Made by a program: the position numbers and the translations under genes | Source of the DNA: Acidimicrobiia bacterium | GTDB lineage: Bacteria > Actinomycetota > Acidimicrobiia > Spongiisociales > Spongiisociaceae | DNA length: 64,000 nucleotides | Assembly (NCBI GenBank): GCA_041576165.1 | Contig: JBFGLM010000018.1 | Span: forward strand, 20,549-84,548 | Reading direction: 5' to 3' | Part shown: piece after piece, positions 19,639 to 29,559 of the stretch | How the letters are laid out: each line of letters opens with the position of its first letter | Position numbering within the stretch: the first letter of the stretch is position 1 | Notes under the pieces: generated by a model | Seen by the model: the letters and a program-made list of their open reading frames with translations, nothing else | Database searches by the model: none | Told to the model about the DNA's origin: nothing

Positions 19639-20856
19639 TCAGAAGACTTCGCCGCAGAATGGAGCCCGGGCGGTGCGCAGCAGCGCATCGAGGTGACGAA
19701 CCGCGTCGTCGCGACCGTCCAGGCGTTGTGCCCGCCGGCGCTGGATGGCCGACCCGCCGCCCAAGTAGAGGGCACCCAAATCGGCGAGTCCCACGCGGAT
19801 GTCCGGCGGCGCGTCGCTGGGCCGGCAGCTGGCGGTGCCATCTTTGACGTCTAGTTCCCACGTGCCGCCACGGGACATGAACTCGTCAATCACTTCGAGC
19901 ACCAGCCGGCCGTCCTGTTCGTAGCGTCGCTCCTCGAGTGCGCGCGGTACGTCGAGCACGCGCAGCCACAGCGTGTCGAGACGCCGGGCCGTGATTCGTC
20001 TGGGGTCGCTCGCCTCGGCCTCGATCGGATCGTCGACCGGGGCGTTCCACCAGTGAACGGTCGGGTAGAGATCGATGTTGGTGATGAAATGCCACAGCGC
20101 CCGACGGGCGTCATCGTCAAGGGCCACCAGCTCCACGATCTCGACCTTTCCCATCGGCAGGCCGCGTTTCCACCTCTCCTTCTGCCGGTATATCAGATAC
20201 CCGCAGGGGCGGTCACCGTCTGAGGCGGTGACGATCCGTTGGGCGCTGGCACCCTGGCGTCGCTGCTCGGGATCGCGTAGGCGCCGGTGCTCCCACCACG
20301 CGGGGCTGCGGGACAGGAACCCGGGCGTTGCCGGCTGCACCTGCGCATACACCTCGGGCAACACATCCATCGCCGCCTGCGCGTCGATGGTTCGGATGGA
20401 CAGCCCGTCCGGCCCGGGTGGGAGCGTCACCCGATCGGCCGGCACCGTCAGGTCGTGGCCGTAGCACGCCGGCCCGTAGCCGAAGCGGCCGTAGATCGGC
20501 GTTTCGGAGGCCCACAAGCCTGCCAGGGGTTGGCCGCGTTCAATCGCTTGTTCCAGGTGCATCCTCATCATCCGGGTGAGGAGACCCTGGCGACGGTGGG
20601 TGGGCTGGACGGTCACGATGGTGGTGCCGGCCAGTGGCAGGACGCCACCAGGAATCGTCAGGTCGAAGTCGAATGAGCCGAAGGTCGCCACGACCCGGCC
20701 GTGGTCGAAGGCGCCGATAGTCGTTTCGAGCGGGAACAGCTCTAGGAAGCGCTCGTCGGCACCCTCCTCCTCGAGTGTGTCGCCGCCGAATCCGCGCGCC
20801 ACCGCCCGACGCACCTCGGGTACTTCGTCCTTGGTGATGAACCGGATTTCGCTCAC
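19639..20856 (-). CDS. Eis-like GNAT acetyltransferase with C-terminal SCP2 domain
   Basis: VTVQPTHRRQGLL, LWASETPIYGRFGYG, LWLRVLDVPRALE; GTG at 20856 follows TACAAT-N7. Confidence 0.92.
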   Translation of the reverse strand: MSEIRFITKDEVPEVRRAVARGFGGDTLEEEGADERFLELFPLETTIGAFDHGRVVATFGSFDFDLTIPGGVLPLAGTTIVTVQPTHRRQGLLTRMMRMHLEQAIERGQPLAGLWASETPIYGRFGYGPACYGHDLTVPADRVTLPPGPDGLSIRTIDAQAAMDVLPEVYAQVQPATPGFLSRSPAWWEHRRLRDPEQRRQGASAQRIVTASDGDRPCGYLIYRQKERWKRGLPMGKVEIVELVALDDDARRALWHFITNIDLYPTVHWWNAPVDDPIEAEASDPRRITARRLDTLWLRVLDVPRALEERRYEQDGRLVLEVIDEFMSRGGTWELDVKDGTASCRPSDAPPDIRVGLADLGALYLGGGSAIQRRRAQRLDGRDDAVRHLDALLRTARAPFCGEVF

Positions 20857-20947
20857 CGCCGCGATTGTACGTGGCGGCACAATGCACGCCGCCCGAATAT
20901 CGGACGGTCGGTTCTCGCCTCGTCGAAGTCGGAAACCGCGGTGGGCT

Positions 20948-21715
20948 CTACTCCGCGAACTCCATGAGGTTGAATTTGGCCCCGTGCGGATCGGCCGCCA
21001 CGGCGAACCTGCCTATGCCGATGTCGGTGGTAAGACGCAGTACCTCGCCCCCGAGCGCCACGACCTTCTTCTCGGCGGCGGCGCAATCATCCACTGCGAA
21101 GTAGACCGACCAGTGAGCCGGTGCCGCGGCCGGGACCTCGTCGGGCATCATCATCATGCCGGCGACATCGTCGTCGTCGAGCTTGAACATCGTGTAGGCA
21201 GTCCCATCGGTGAGGCTGGTCACGGCTGTCCAGCCCAACACGGCGCCGTAGAAGGCCTCGGCTGAATCGGTGTCGCGGGTGAGCAACTCGATCCAGCACG
21301 GCGCTCCGTGGTTGCGGGAGAAGTAGATCCCGTGTGGCCTGGGCCCGCTGATGATGGCGAACATGCCTCCGGTTGGATCGGCAATCACCGCGACCTTGGC
21401 GTCCCCGGGAATGTCGAAAGGAGGCTCGAGGATCTGGCCGCCCGCGTCTTTGACCTTTCCGACCGTGTCGTCGATGTCGGCTACGTAGAAGAACGTCGTC
21501 CACGCGGCTGGGCTGCCCGGCTGCTCGGCTCCCGGCTCCATCATGCCGGCGATCTCCTTGCCGCCGATCTCCGCAGTGAAATACTCGCCCATGGACGTCG
21601 TTATACCGACGACGTCCCAACCGAACAGTTGCTGGTAGAAGGCCTGAGAGCCGTCGACATCGGGGGTCGTCAGGTCGACCCAGTTCGCTGCTCCGTGGGT
21701 GCCCGCGTCGATCAT
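20948..21715 (-). CDS. Two-domain VOC/glyoxalase protein (CFP32-like)
   Basis: Duplicated WVDLTTPD...FYQQLFGW and WIELLTRD...FYGAVLGW units; GGAGG RBS. Confidence 0.9.
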   Translation of the reverse strand: MIDAGTHGAANWVDLTTPDVDGSQAFYQQLFGWDVVGITTSMGEYFTAEIGGKEIAGMMEPGAEQPGSPAAWTTFFYVADIDDTVGKVKDAGGQILEPPFDIPGDAKVAVIADPTGGMFAIISGPRPHGIYFSRNHGAPCWIELLTRDTDSAEAFYGAVLGWTAVTSLTDGTAYTMFKLDDDDVAGMMMMPDEVPAAAPAHWSVYFAVDDCAAAEKKVVALGGEVLRLTTDIGIGRFAVAADPHGAKFNLMEFAE

Positions 21716-21902
21716 CGTGTCACCTCCTGGTTCCACTTTCAGGCTCGATCTCACGTCGCCGTAGTGCTAGTGCCATTCGGCATCTCTGGGCCGAGCGCGT
21801 GTGCCGCCCGCTCCTGCGGTGGCGGAACCTGCCTGGATAGGCACACGGTGGCGGCAGCGCCCGTGCCGGCCGGCTGGCGCAGGCTGATGGCGGATGTGGC
21901 GC

Positions 21903-22100
21903 CTAGCGGAGCTGTTCCCCAGCGGTGCCGCCCACCAGGAACAGCTCGTCGTTGTCGGTATGCGCGTGCGCGACGAACTCTCCCTCGACGCTGACGACCT
22001 TGAGCTCCATGTTGTCGACCCGGGGCGCGATCCTGGATGACCAGTGGTCGTCGAACGAGGAGAAAGCCTGGTCGAGGTTGAGGGGTGCGTGTTCGGTCAT
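21903..22100 (-). pseudogene. Truncated cupin-domain protein
   Basis: FDDHWSSRI...LKVVSVEGEFVAHAHTDNDELFLV then an early stop; the second cupin motif is missing. Confidence 0.7.
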
Positions 22101-22840
22101 TCGCGCAGGCCGGCAATCTTCGGTATGAGGTGGTGTACCACCTGTCGGAGCAAGCCCAGGGACGCGTTGAAACGCTCCAGCACCATGGCGTGGGTCACCG
22201 GTTCGATCTCCCCTTCCACCCCAACGTCGTAGTCGGTCACCACCGCGATGTTCACGTACTCGAGCCCCAGCTCGCGAAAGAGCGGCACCTCGGGAATTTG
22301 CGTCATGTTCACGAGGTGGAATCCCGATTCGGCAAACCAGCGACTCTCGGCCCGGGTCGAGAAGCGGGGTCCCTGGATGATCACGTTGGTGCCACCCTCG
22401 TGCACCGTCACACCGGCGGCGTGGCAGGCTTCGACGGCCAGGCTCCGGTGCGGCTCGGAAAACGGGTCTGCAAACGACATGTGCTGCACGTCAGGGCCCT
22501 CGACAAAGGTGTGGTCACGACCCCAGGTTCGATCCACCAACTGGTCGGGCACCACGAAGTGCCCCGGAGCGTATTCGCGAGTGAGCGACCCGACTGCGCA
22601 TGGGCCGATGACATCGGTGACGCCAACCTCTTTCATCGCCCAGGCGTTGGCCCGGTAGGGGATGCGGTGAGGCGGAAGCTGATGGCGGCGGCCATGCCGG
22701 GGAAGGAACGCAATGTCCATGCCGGCGACCGTGCCCAGCCGGAGTGGCGCCGATGGATCGCCATAGGGGGTCTCGACGTCTACGTCGTGGGCGTTGTCGA
22801 GAAAGTCGTAAAAACCCGTTCCCCCAATGACCCCGATCAT
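22097..22840 (-). CDS. mtnP: S-methyl-5'-thioadenosine phosphorylase
   Basis: IGVIGGTG, FLPRHG, PYRAN, GPRFSTRAES, VNMT, VTDYD. Confidence 0.93.
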   Translation of the reverse strand: MIGVIGGTGFYDFLDNAHDVDVETPYGDPSAPLRLGTVAGMDIAFLPRHGRRHQLPPHRIPYRANAWAMKEVGVTDVIGPCAVGSLTREYAPGHFVVPDQLVDRTWGRDHTFVEGPDVQHMSFADPFSEPHRSLAVEACHAAGVTVHEGGTNVIIQGPRFSTRAESRWFAESGFHLVNMTQIPEVPLFRELGLEYVNIAVVTDYDVGVEGEIEPVTHAMVLERFNASLGLLRQVVHHLIPKIAGLRE

Positions 22841-22842
22841 GC

Positions 22843-23133
22843 TCAGTCGTCGCTGGTGACCTTGGTCGATTTCTTCTCAGGGTCCGACTTCTCGCGCTTC
22901 GCCGTCTTTTCCGAGCTGCTGTCCGCCGAACCCGATTTCTTGGACGGCGGTTTGGTCTTCGAGTCCGTCACGTAGAAGCCGCTGCCCTTGAAAACGACGC
23001 CGGTGGGAAAGATGACCTTCTGCAGGGACTTCTGGCCGCACTCGGGGCAGGTCCTGAGCGGCTTTGCCGAAAAGCTCTGCCGCTTCTCGAACCGGTGGTC
23101 GCATGACCGGCAGACGTACTCGTAGGTAGGCAT
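22843..23133 (-). CDS. FmdB family zinc-ribbon protein
   Basis: MPTYEYVCRSC...CPECG...FKGSGFYVTD with a Ser/Lys-rich tail. Confidence 0.93.
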   Translation of the reverse strand: MPTYEYVCRSCDHRFEKRQSFSAKPLRTCPECGQKSLQKVIFPTGVVFKGSGFYVTDSKTKPPSKKSGSADSSSEKTAKREKSDPEKKSTKVTSDD

Positions 23134-23287
23134 GACCGCATTCCTCGGAGAGTTGGAGCGGCCGATCCCGGATCGGCCGAGCCGGATGTTACCAACCGTA
23201 CGGACGCACTGAGCCGGGCCGGGCCGGGCGCGGTCAGGCATCCGGCCGGGTTAGCGATGCGCAGGGCCGGGCGTAGACTCGTGCGAG

Positions 23288-23875
23288 ATGAGCTTCTGGG
23301 TGGTTCTCTTGGCCGTTGCGGCCTATCTGGTTGGCAGCGTGAACGCCGCGGTGTTGGTGGCGAGCACGCGTGGTGTGGACATCTATTCCGCCGGGAGTGG
23401 GAACCCGGGTGCCTCCAATGTGCTGCGGACTATGGGCAAGGGCCCGGCGGCGCTGGTGTACGTCGGTGACCTTGCGAAAGGTCTCATCCCGGCGCTGGTA
23501 GCGAACCTGGTGTGGGGGTCTCCAGAGGCATTCGCAGTTGGTTTCTTTGCCGTGATCGGTCATTGCTATCCGCTGTATCACGGCTTCCGGGGCGGCAAGG
23601 GTGTCGCAACTGCGGGCGGAGTGCTGCTCGCTGCCGTGCCGCTGGTGGTCGTGACCTTGGCTGCCATCTACGGGTTGATCGTCGGGATAACGAAGATCTC
23701 ATCGGCGGGTTCGCTGTCGATGGCCGGCCTGGCCCTGCCGGCCGTTGTCGTGGCGGGAGTGCGCGGATGGGCCTTGGGCTGGTGGGCGCTGACGATCGCT
23801 GTGATCGTGTGGCGCCATCGCGGCAACATCGCCCGGCTAATGAGCGGAACCGAGAACAAGGTAGTGACTGAATGA
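23288..23875 (+). CDS. plsY: Glycerol-3-phosphate acyltransferase PlsY
   Basis: YLVGS, GSGNPGASNVLR, DLAKG, GHCYP, FRGGKGVAT, RHRGNI. Confidence 0.95.
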   Translation: MSFWVVLLAVAAYLVGSVNAAVLVASTRGVDIYSAGSGNPGASNVLRTMGKGPAALVYVGDLAKGLIPALVANLVWGSPEAFAVGFFAVIGHCYPLYHGFRGGKGVATAGGVLLAAVPLVVVTLAAIYGLIVGITKISSAGSLSMAGLALPAVVVAGVRGWALGWWALTIAVIVWRHRGNIARLMSGTENKVVTE

Positions 23876-24690
23876 AGATTGACGTAGCAGTGATTCCGGC
23901 TGCCGGCATGGGTACACGGATGCGCCCTGCCACCCGGGTAGTGCCCAAGGCCCTGATCACGGTCGTGGATCGTCCCGCGATTCAGTACGTGGTCGAGGAG
24001 GCCGCGCGGGGGGGCGCGACCAGCGTGATCCTGGTCGTAGATCCCGGTGTCGGTGAACTGACCGAACGGCATTTCTATGAGCTCGGTCCGCTCCCCGGTT
24101 TGGAGGACGTGCAGGTGCGGGCCGTCATTCAGAAGGAGCCGCTCGGGCTGGGCCACGCTGTGTGGTCGGCCCGCAATGCGGTGGGCGAGCGCCCCTTCTT
24201 CTGTCTGCTGGCCGACAACATCGTCCCGCCCGGGCGAGACGTCCTCCCGGCGCTGGCGGCCGCCTCCGATGGCCGCTCAGTGATGTGTGTACGTGAGCTG
24301 GGACCCGAGTTCCTCCACCGCTACGGGGTCGTGGTTCCCGGTGCGTGGCGCAGCGACACGGTATTGGAGATCACCGGAGCGATTGAGAAGCCCGGGGTGG
24401 AGCGGGCTCCATCGAATCTGGGTCTCATCGGGAGATACGTCTTCACCCCCGAAGTCTTCGACCTGCTGGAGGGCCAGGAGGCGGGCCACGGCGGGGAGAT
24501 CCAGCTAACCGACGCCATCGAAACGCTGGCATCCACGGACCGGGCGCTGGCGTCGGTCGCTCCTGGCGACCTGCTGGATGTCGGAACCCCGCCCGGCCTA
24601 CTGCACGCAACTGCCGTACTCGGTGCAGCTCACGAGGAATACGGCCCCGACTTCAAAGTGATCATGAAAGCGCTGACGGAGGAAGGGTGA
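23872..24690 (+). CDS. galU: UTP-glucose-1-phosphate uridylyltransferase
   Basis: AVIPAAGMGTRMRPAT...PK, QKEPLGLGHAV, EKP, GEIQLTDA. Confidence 0.92.
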   Translation: MKIDVAVIPAAGMGTRMRPATRVVPKALITVVDRPAIQYVVEEAARGGATSVILVVDPGVGELTERHFYELGPLPGLEDVQVRAVIQKEPLGLGHAVWSARNAVGERPFFCLLADNIVPPGRDVLPALAAASDGRSVMCVRELGPEFLHRYGVVVPGAWRSDTVLEITGAIEKPGVERAPSNLGLIGRYVFTPEVFDLLEGQEAGHGGEIQLTDAIETLASTDRALASVAPGDLLDVGTPPGLLHATAVLGAAHEEYGPDFKVIMKALTEEG

Positions 24691-25922
24691 GACCGCTGGC
24701 CGACGCCCAGCGCGATGTGCTGGCGACAGTGCCCGCCACCGAGAGTGTGACAGTGGCGTTGGAGCACGCGGCGGGACTGGCCCTGGCCGGGCCGGTGACC
24801 GCCCCCCACGACGTCCCGCCTTTCACCAACTCAGCCATGGACGGGTATGCGGTGCGTGCATCAGATGTAGCGGATGCGCCGGTCGAGCTGAAGGTGCTCG
24901 AGGATGTTGCGGCCGGCCACGTTGCCGCCACGGTCGTCGAACCGGGCACCGCCATCAAGATCATGACCGGCGCTCCGATTCCTAACGGCGCGGACGCCGT
25001 CGTCCGGGTGGAAGACACCGAGCCGGGCGAGGGGTTCGTGCGCATCATCACCGGGGCGGAAACCGGCACCGCAATTCGGCCGGCCGGTGGCGACCTGGCC
25101 GCCGGGTCGCCCGTGTTCGATGCCGGCACCCGGCTCACCGCCCGTCATGTTGCGGTGTTGGCGTCCCTCGGGATTGCGAATCCTGCAGTGCGGCGCCGAC
25201 CACGAGTGGCGGTGATGTCGACTGGGGACGAGGTGTTGCCGCCTGATACACCGGAGCTGGCCCCCGGCCAGATCCGCGACACCAACCGTCCGCTGCTGCG
25301 CAGACTGCTGAAGGAGCTGGACGTTGCGGTCCTGGATCTCGGGATCATCCGCGACGACGAAGACCTGCTCCGCTCCACGGTGGAGCGGGCCGCCGCAGAG
25401 GCGGACGCGATCTTCACATCGGGCGGGGTGTCGATGGGCGAGTACGACCTGGTGAAGGCGGTGCTGGCCAAGCTGGGCGATATCGAGTTCTGGCAGGTGG
25501 CCATGCAGCCCGCCAAGCCCTTTGCCTTCGGCATGATCGAGGGGACGCCGCTATTCGGACTACCCGGGAATCCGGTGTCGGTGATGGTCGCCTACGAGCA
25601 ATTTGCGCGCCCGGCTTTGCTTCACATGATGGGCGCAACTCGGATATTCCGACCGCAAATCCGCGGCATCATCGATGAACGGCTGGTGACCGATCCTCAG
25701 AAGACAGTGTTCAGTCGCGTCGAGCTGGAGGAACGCGATGGTGTTTTTCACGCCCGCGCCTCGGGAGGCCAGAGCTCGAACGTACTATCGGCGCTGGCGG
25801 CCGCAGATGCTTTCGGGGTGGTGCCGGTGGCGACCGGCACGCTCGAGGAGGGCGACCCGATCACGCTGGAGATGTTCACTTGGCCGGAGCGGCGGACGGC
25901 AGCCGAGGTGGTCGGTGGCTGA
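24687..25922 (+). CDS. moeA: Molybdopterin molybdotransferase
   Basis: [41 protein letters not shown]. Confidence 0.97.
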   Translation: MRPLADAQRDVLATVPATESVTVALEHAAGLALAGPVTAPHDVPPFTNSAMDGYAVRASDVADAPVELKVLEDVAAGHVAATVVEPGTAIKIMTGAPIPNGADAVVRVEDTEPGEGFVRIITGAETGTAIRPAGGDLAAGSPVFDAGTRLTARHVAVLASLGIANPAVRRRPRVAVMSTGDEVLPPDTPELAPGQIRDTNRPLLRRLLKELDVAVLDLGIIRDDEDLLRSTVERAAAEADAIFTSGGVSMGEYDLVKAVLAKLGDIEFWQVAMQPAKPFAFGMIEGTPLFGLPGNPVSVMVAYEQFARPALLHMMGATRIFRPQIRGIIDERLVTDPQKTVFSRVELEERDGVFHARASGGQSSNVLSALAAADAFGVVPVATGTLEEGDPITLEMFTWPERRTAAEVVGG

Positions 25923-26391
25923 CGAGGCCCGACTCACGCACCTCGACGAACAGGGGCGGGCGCAGATGGTCGACGTGAGCGACAAAGACGTCACTGATCG
26001 AGCCGCGGTGGCCGAAGCGGTGGTGTTGATGGCGAACGACACGGCTGCGCTGTTGTTCGGTGGTGAGCTGCCAAAGGGCGATGCGGTCGCTGCAGCCCGG
26101 ATCGCCGGGATCATGGCCGCCAAACGCACGTCTGAGCTGATTCCTTTGTGCCATCCGCTGATGCTCAGCTCGGTCAAGGTTGAGATCGTGCAGATCGACG
26201 GTGGCGCTCGGGTCGTAGCGAGCGTCCGGACCAGCGAGCGGACCGGGGTCGAGATGGAAGCTATGACTGCTGTCAGCGTCGCCGCGTTGACGATCTATGA
26301 CATGGTCAAGGGAGTCGAGCGGGGAGCGCAGATCGGTGCCGTCCGCCTGTTGGAGAAGTCGGGAGGCCGCTCTGGAACCTGGAGGGCTTGA
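25915..26391 (+). CDS. moaC: Cyclic pyranopterin monophosphate synthase
   Basis: [44 protein letters not shown]. Confidence 0.97.
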   Translation: MADEARLTHLDEQGRAQMVDVSDKDVTDRAAVAEAVVLMANDTAALLFGGELPKGDAVAAARIAGIMAAKRTSELIPLCHPLMLSSVKVEIVQIDGGARVVASVRTSERTGVEMEAMTAVSVAALTIYDMVKGVERGAQIGAVRLLEKSGGRSGTWRA

Positions 26392-26568
26392 CCAGCGGTC
26401 GCGCACCCGCATCTCGAATGATCACCGGCCGTCAGGCGAGGATTGGATCGTTCCAGACTTCGCTGGAACGTTCCACGCTCTCTGGCATGAATTCCCAGGA
26501 TGGTATTTGGTTCGGAATGTCATTCGGTTTAGTGTTCCGCGCGACTTGTACGGGCGGAGAGCGTTCAA

Positions 26569-27003
26569 GTGAATGCAATATTCATATTTCTCCTGATTGC
26601 TGGTGTCTGGGGCGCGTTTCTTCTTCCCCCTGTGTTCCGTTCCCGGAGAGACACCCCGATCAGCACGACCCAGGAATTCACCCGACTGACCGCGCGGCTG
26701 GCGGCAGTACACGGCCCGGCGGCGCAGACTGCGCTGATGCACCGGCGTCAGGTGCTTGCACGGCGGCGGCGGATGCTGATCGCACTTGCCGTCACGGTCG
26801 CGGTATCGCTGCTGGCGGCGGTCGCCCTCGGGTCACTTCCCCTCCTATTGGTGCATGTCATCGCCGACGCCGCACTGATCTGGTACGTAGCCATGCTCCT
26901 CCAGATCAAGCAGCGCCAGCAGACGATCAGCAATGTCGTCGACATCACCCCGGTGAACAGCAGCCAGGAGCAGAGCGAGACCCACATCCTCGCGTCGAGC
27001 TGA
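26569..27003 (+). CDS. Membrane protein, SepX/GlpR-like by synteny and architecture
   Basis: N-terminal TM with WGAFLLP, ARRRR, then two TMs; usual position between moaC and tRNA-Ala in actinobacteria. Confidence 0.65.
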   Translation: MNAIFIFLLIAGVWGAFLLPPVFRSRRDTPISTTQEFTRLTARLAAVHGPAAQTALMHRRQVLARRRRMLIALAVTVAVSLLAAVALGSLPLLLVHVIADAALIWYVAMLLQIKQRQQTISNVVDITPVNSSQEQSETHILASS

Positions 27004-27007
27004 TCAC

Positions 27008-27631
27008 ATGCCGGCGCCCGACTTCTCGGATATCGAGTCGATCGCCCGCGGCGAGCTCGATCCGAAGTTCAAGACTCGCGAGCTGGCAATCAACAACGGA
27101 CGCAACATCATCCGCGCGTCCGCCAACGCGATCAGGTCGATCCATCGAGGCGAGTACGAGCAAGCTCGGGCGTTGATGGACGAGGTACACGAGCTGGTGG
27201 CCGCCGCCACCGCCGCGGTCGACGAGCATCCGGACATAAACACCGGCATCCTGAACGACGCCGCCAAGGAGTACGCCGAGGCTCGGACGTTCATGGCGTT
27301 CGCGCTGGGCGAGCCACTGCCCAAGCCGATCGATCTCGGCATGCGGGTCACGCCCTACCTACACGGGCTGGGAGAGGCAGTCGGTGAGCTGCGCCGGCGG
27401 ATGCTCGATCAACTGCGGGCGGGAGAGCTGGACCAAGCGGAGGGTCTGCTGGCGATGATGGACGAAGTGGTCGACCTGCTGGCAAGCCTCGATTATCCCG
27501 ACGGCATGACCGGTGGTCTGCGGCGCACCACCGACGTGTCCCGCTCACTGGTCGAACGCAGCCGGGCCGACCTCACCACGACGATGATCCAGGAGCGCCT
27601 TCGGGCCGACCTGGAGAAGCACTCGTCATAA
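27008..27631 (+). CDS. Translin/TRAX (C3PO) family protein, prokaryotic type
   Basis: RE...R.IIR.SANAIRSIHRG, KEYAEA, YLHGLGEAVGELRR, GLRRTTDVSRSLVERSRADL; predicted all-helical, 207 aa. Confidence 0.88.
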   Translation: MPAPDFSDIESIARGELDPKFKTRELAINNGRNIIRASANAIRSIHRGEYEQARALMDEVHELVAAATAAVDEHPDINTGILNDAAKEYAEARTFMAFALGEPLPKPIDLGMRVTPYLHGLGEAVGELRRRMLDQLRAGELDQAEGLLAMMDEVVDLLASLDYPDGMTGGLRRTTDVSRSLVERSRADLTTTMIQERLRADLEKHSS

Positions 27632-27701
27632 GCGTCTGGTACCCCGTCGGGCTGCTGGTACCATGCAGACCCGCACCCGCCGTTTCCGGCGGCTTTGTGT
27701 T

Positions 27702-27775
27702 GGGGCTGTAGCTCAGTTCGGCAGAGCACCTCGTTCGCAACGAGGGGGTCAGGGGTTCAAATCCCCTCAGCTCCA
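27702..27775 (+). tRNA. tRNA-Ala(CGC), CCA not encoded
   Basis: Full cloverleaf: acceptor GGGGCTG/CAGCTCC with G3:U70, D-arm GCTC/GAGC, anticodon arm CCTCG-TTCGCAA-CGAGG, T-arm AGGGG-TTCAAAT-CCCCT. Confidence 0.98.
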
Positions 27776-27894
27776 CGGCACCGATATCAGAAGCCGCTGC
27801 CCAGCGCCGGTCAGTTGGAGATGAATTCATCGTCCCACGCCGGGAGGAGTTGCGCGGTAGCCTGCACGATTGCCCCGGGTCGGAGGAGGATGAG

Positions 27895-28269
27895 GTGACC
27901 AACACCATGCTGGCTGAAGCGCTGTTCGCGGCCTTCGAGGCCGGCGATGCCGAGGCAGTCCGGGGCCTCTGCGCGTCAGATTTCGTCGCCCGCCAGAACA
28001 ACAGCCCGCGGATGGATCTCGACACGGTCCTCGGGTTCTCTGCCGCAGTCCTCGGCGTCGTCGAGCATTTCCGCTATGAAGATGCCGTCAGGTCGGAGAC
28101 GTCATCCGGGTTCGTGGAAGAGCATCGGGTGCGTGGCACGTTGCCGGACGGCACCGAGCTAGATCTGGCAGTGTGCGTCGTGGCCGACGTCCGCAACGGG
28201 AAGGTCAGCCATCTCCGCGAATACGTCGACGGCGTTGCGGCCGCGCCGCTCCTCGATGCCCTGCAGTAG
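27895..28269 (+). CDS. NTF2/SnoaL-like protein
   Basis: LFAAFEAGD...GFVEEH...CVVADVRNGKVSHLREYVD; GGAGGA RBS before GTG. Confidence 0.85.
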   Translation: MTNTMLAEALFAAFEAGDAEAVRGLCASDFVARQNNSPRMDLDTVLGFSAAVLGVVEHFRYEDAVRSETSSGFVEEHRVRGTLPDGTELDLAVCVVADVRNGKVSHLREYVDGVAAAPLLDALQ

Positions 28270-28687
28270 ACGGCGTCGATAATCGCGGTCAGCACGATCT
28301 GGATCTCGTGGCGTTGGCACGGTCACGCATGGTACAAAGCCCGCCGTTGCCCTGACCGGGGCTCCTGCCCGAAACCGGCGGTGATGCCAGGCTGGAGACC
28401 GCGCGCTCACCGGACGGAGCGGATCAAGCGAGAGGCCGTGCCTCCTCGCCACCGTGTTGCTCCGCCTACTCGACACCTCTATGAACGGCTGACAACGACC
28501 CCGATCACCCAATCTGGATCGAGAACACACATTCCGTAGCGTGCCCGTGATCGGCACGTCGGCGGGCGGTTATTCGAAGACATACTCTGGTGGGCTGGGA
28601 ACGCAGGGGGTGATCTGGTGTTCAGTGACGCCGGAATGCGAGGATCGCCCAGAACCGCCGGTTCGGGGCGGAACGGAGTGCTCGTTG

Positions 28688-29101
28688 TCACTCTTCGGCC
28701 GGAGCGTTATGGGTTGTCGGTGGTTGGATCCGTTCGGTGAGCCATTTGGCTACCTCGGTCTCACCGACGTCGCCGGCGGCGATGGCGATCATGAGGTCGA
28801 CTGCGTCGTCGGTGGGAACCTCGAGTGTGTATCCGTTGAGGATGCAGAACATGGTGAGTGATTGCCAAGCCAGTCGTTTGTTGCCGTCGGGAGAGGATGG
28901 TTCTTGGCGATCCGGACCGTCAGTAGGGCGGCCTTGTCGGCATAGTCGGGATAGAACTCGACCTCACCGAACCCGGCCTGTGGCGCATGGAGTGCCGAGT
29001 CCAGCTGAATCCAACCGAGATGCCCGGGCCAGCACCGCCGCACGGGTACCGGTGACGGCTTCGGCGATCGTGAGCGCCTCGGCGAGGGTGAGGTACCTCA
29101 C
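28688..29101 (-). pseudogene. Doc/Fic family toxin, frameshifted
   Basis: Joining three segments gives MRYLTLAEALTIAEAVTG.../SALHAPQAGFGEVEFYPDYADKAA...KNHPL/PDGNKRLAWQSLTMFCILNG...WLTERI; one frameshift falls inside the HPxxDGNKR motif. Confidence 0.85.
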
Positions 29102-29310
29102 TCAGCGAGACGATCCAGGATCTCCTTGTCCCGCTCGGTCAGCTCGCGGAGGCGCGCCATGAACTCCTCGTCATTGCGCACCCGGTCGATTTCGGCTTCG
29201 AGGGCTTCGAGCATCAGGGCGTTGACGCTGATGCCGCGTCCGCGGGCGATCACGTCGGCCTTCTCGGCGAGTTCTTCGGGCATGCGGACGGTGGTAGCGC
29301 GTTTCTCCAT
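29098..29310 (-). CDS. Ribbon-helix-helix antitoxin, cognate to Doc
   Basis: ATTVRMPEELAEKADVIARGRGISVNALMLEAL...DKEILDRLAE; stop overlaps the toxin GTG; TATCAT-N6-ATG. Confidence 0.88.
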   Translation of the reverse strand: MEKRATTVRMPEELAEKADVIARGRGISVNALMLEALEAEIDRVRNDEEFMARLRELTERDKEILDRLAE

Positions 29311-29559
29311 GCCGTCATGATAGCACGACGTCATCATGTGGAGGAAGGGGCTGGACTGCTCAATCCGAGCCAGCCTTGGCGCCGATCACCCACTACGAGC
29401 GATAACACGCCAACGCCGGAACCACGCCCATCGGCACTTCGTGTGTGCGAGTTTGCCACCACTCGGCGCGGGGAAGGCAGATCGACACCGACGTGTTCTA
29501 TCCGCGCCACGTACGACGAAGCCCGACACGACAATCAGTTTGGGTGACTCGAAAGCGCC

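Noticed and set aside
23213-23228. GCCGG pentamer tandem repeat
   Set aside because: Three copies in about 70% GC DNA is not significant
26459-26480. Hairpin CGTTCCAG-ACTTCG-CTGGAACG after moaC considered as a Moco riboswitch
   Set aside because: It lies downstream of the moa genes and lacks the multi-stem architecture; more likely a terminator or leader hairpin (coordinates approximate)
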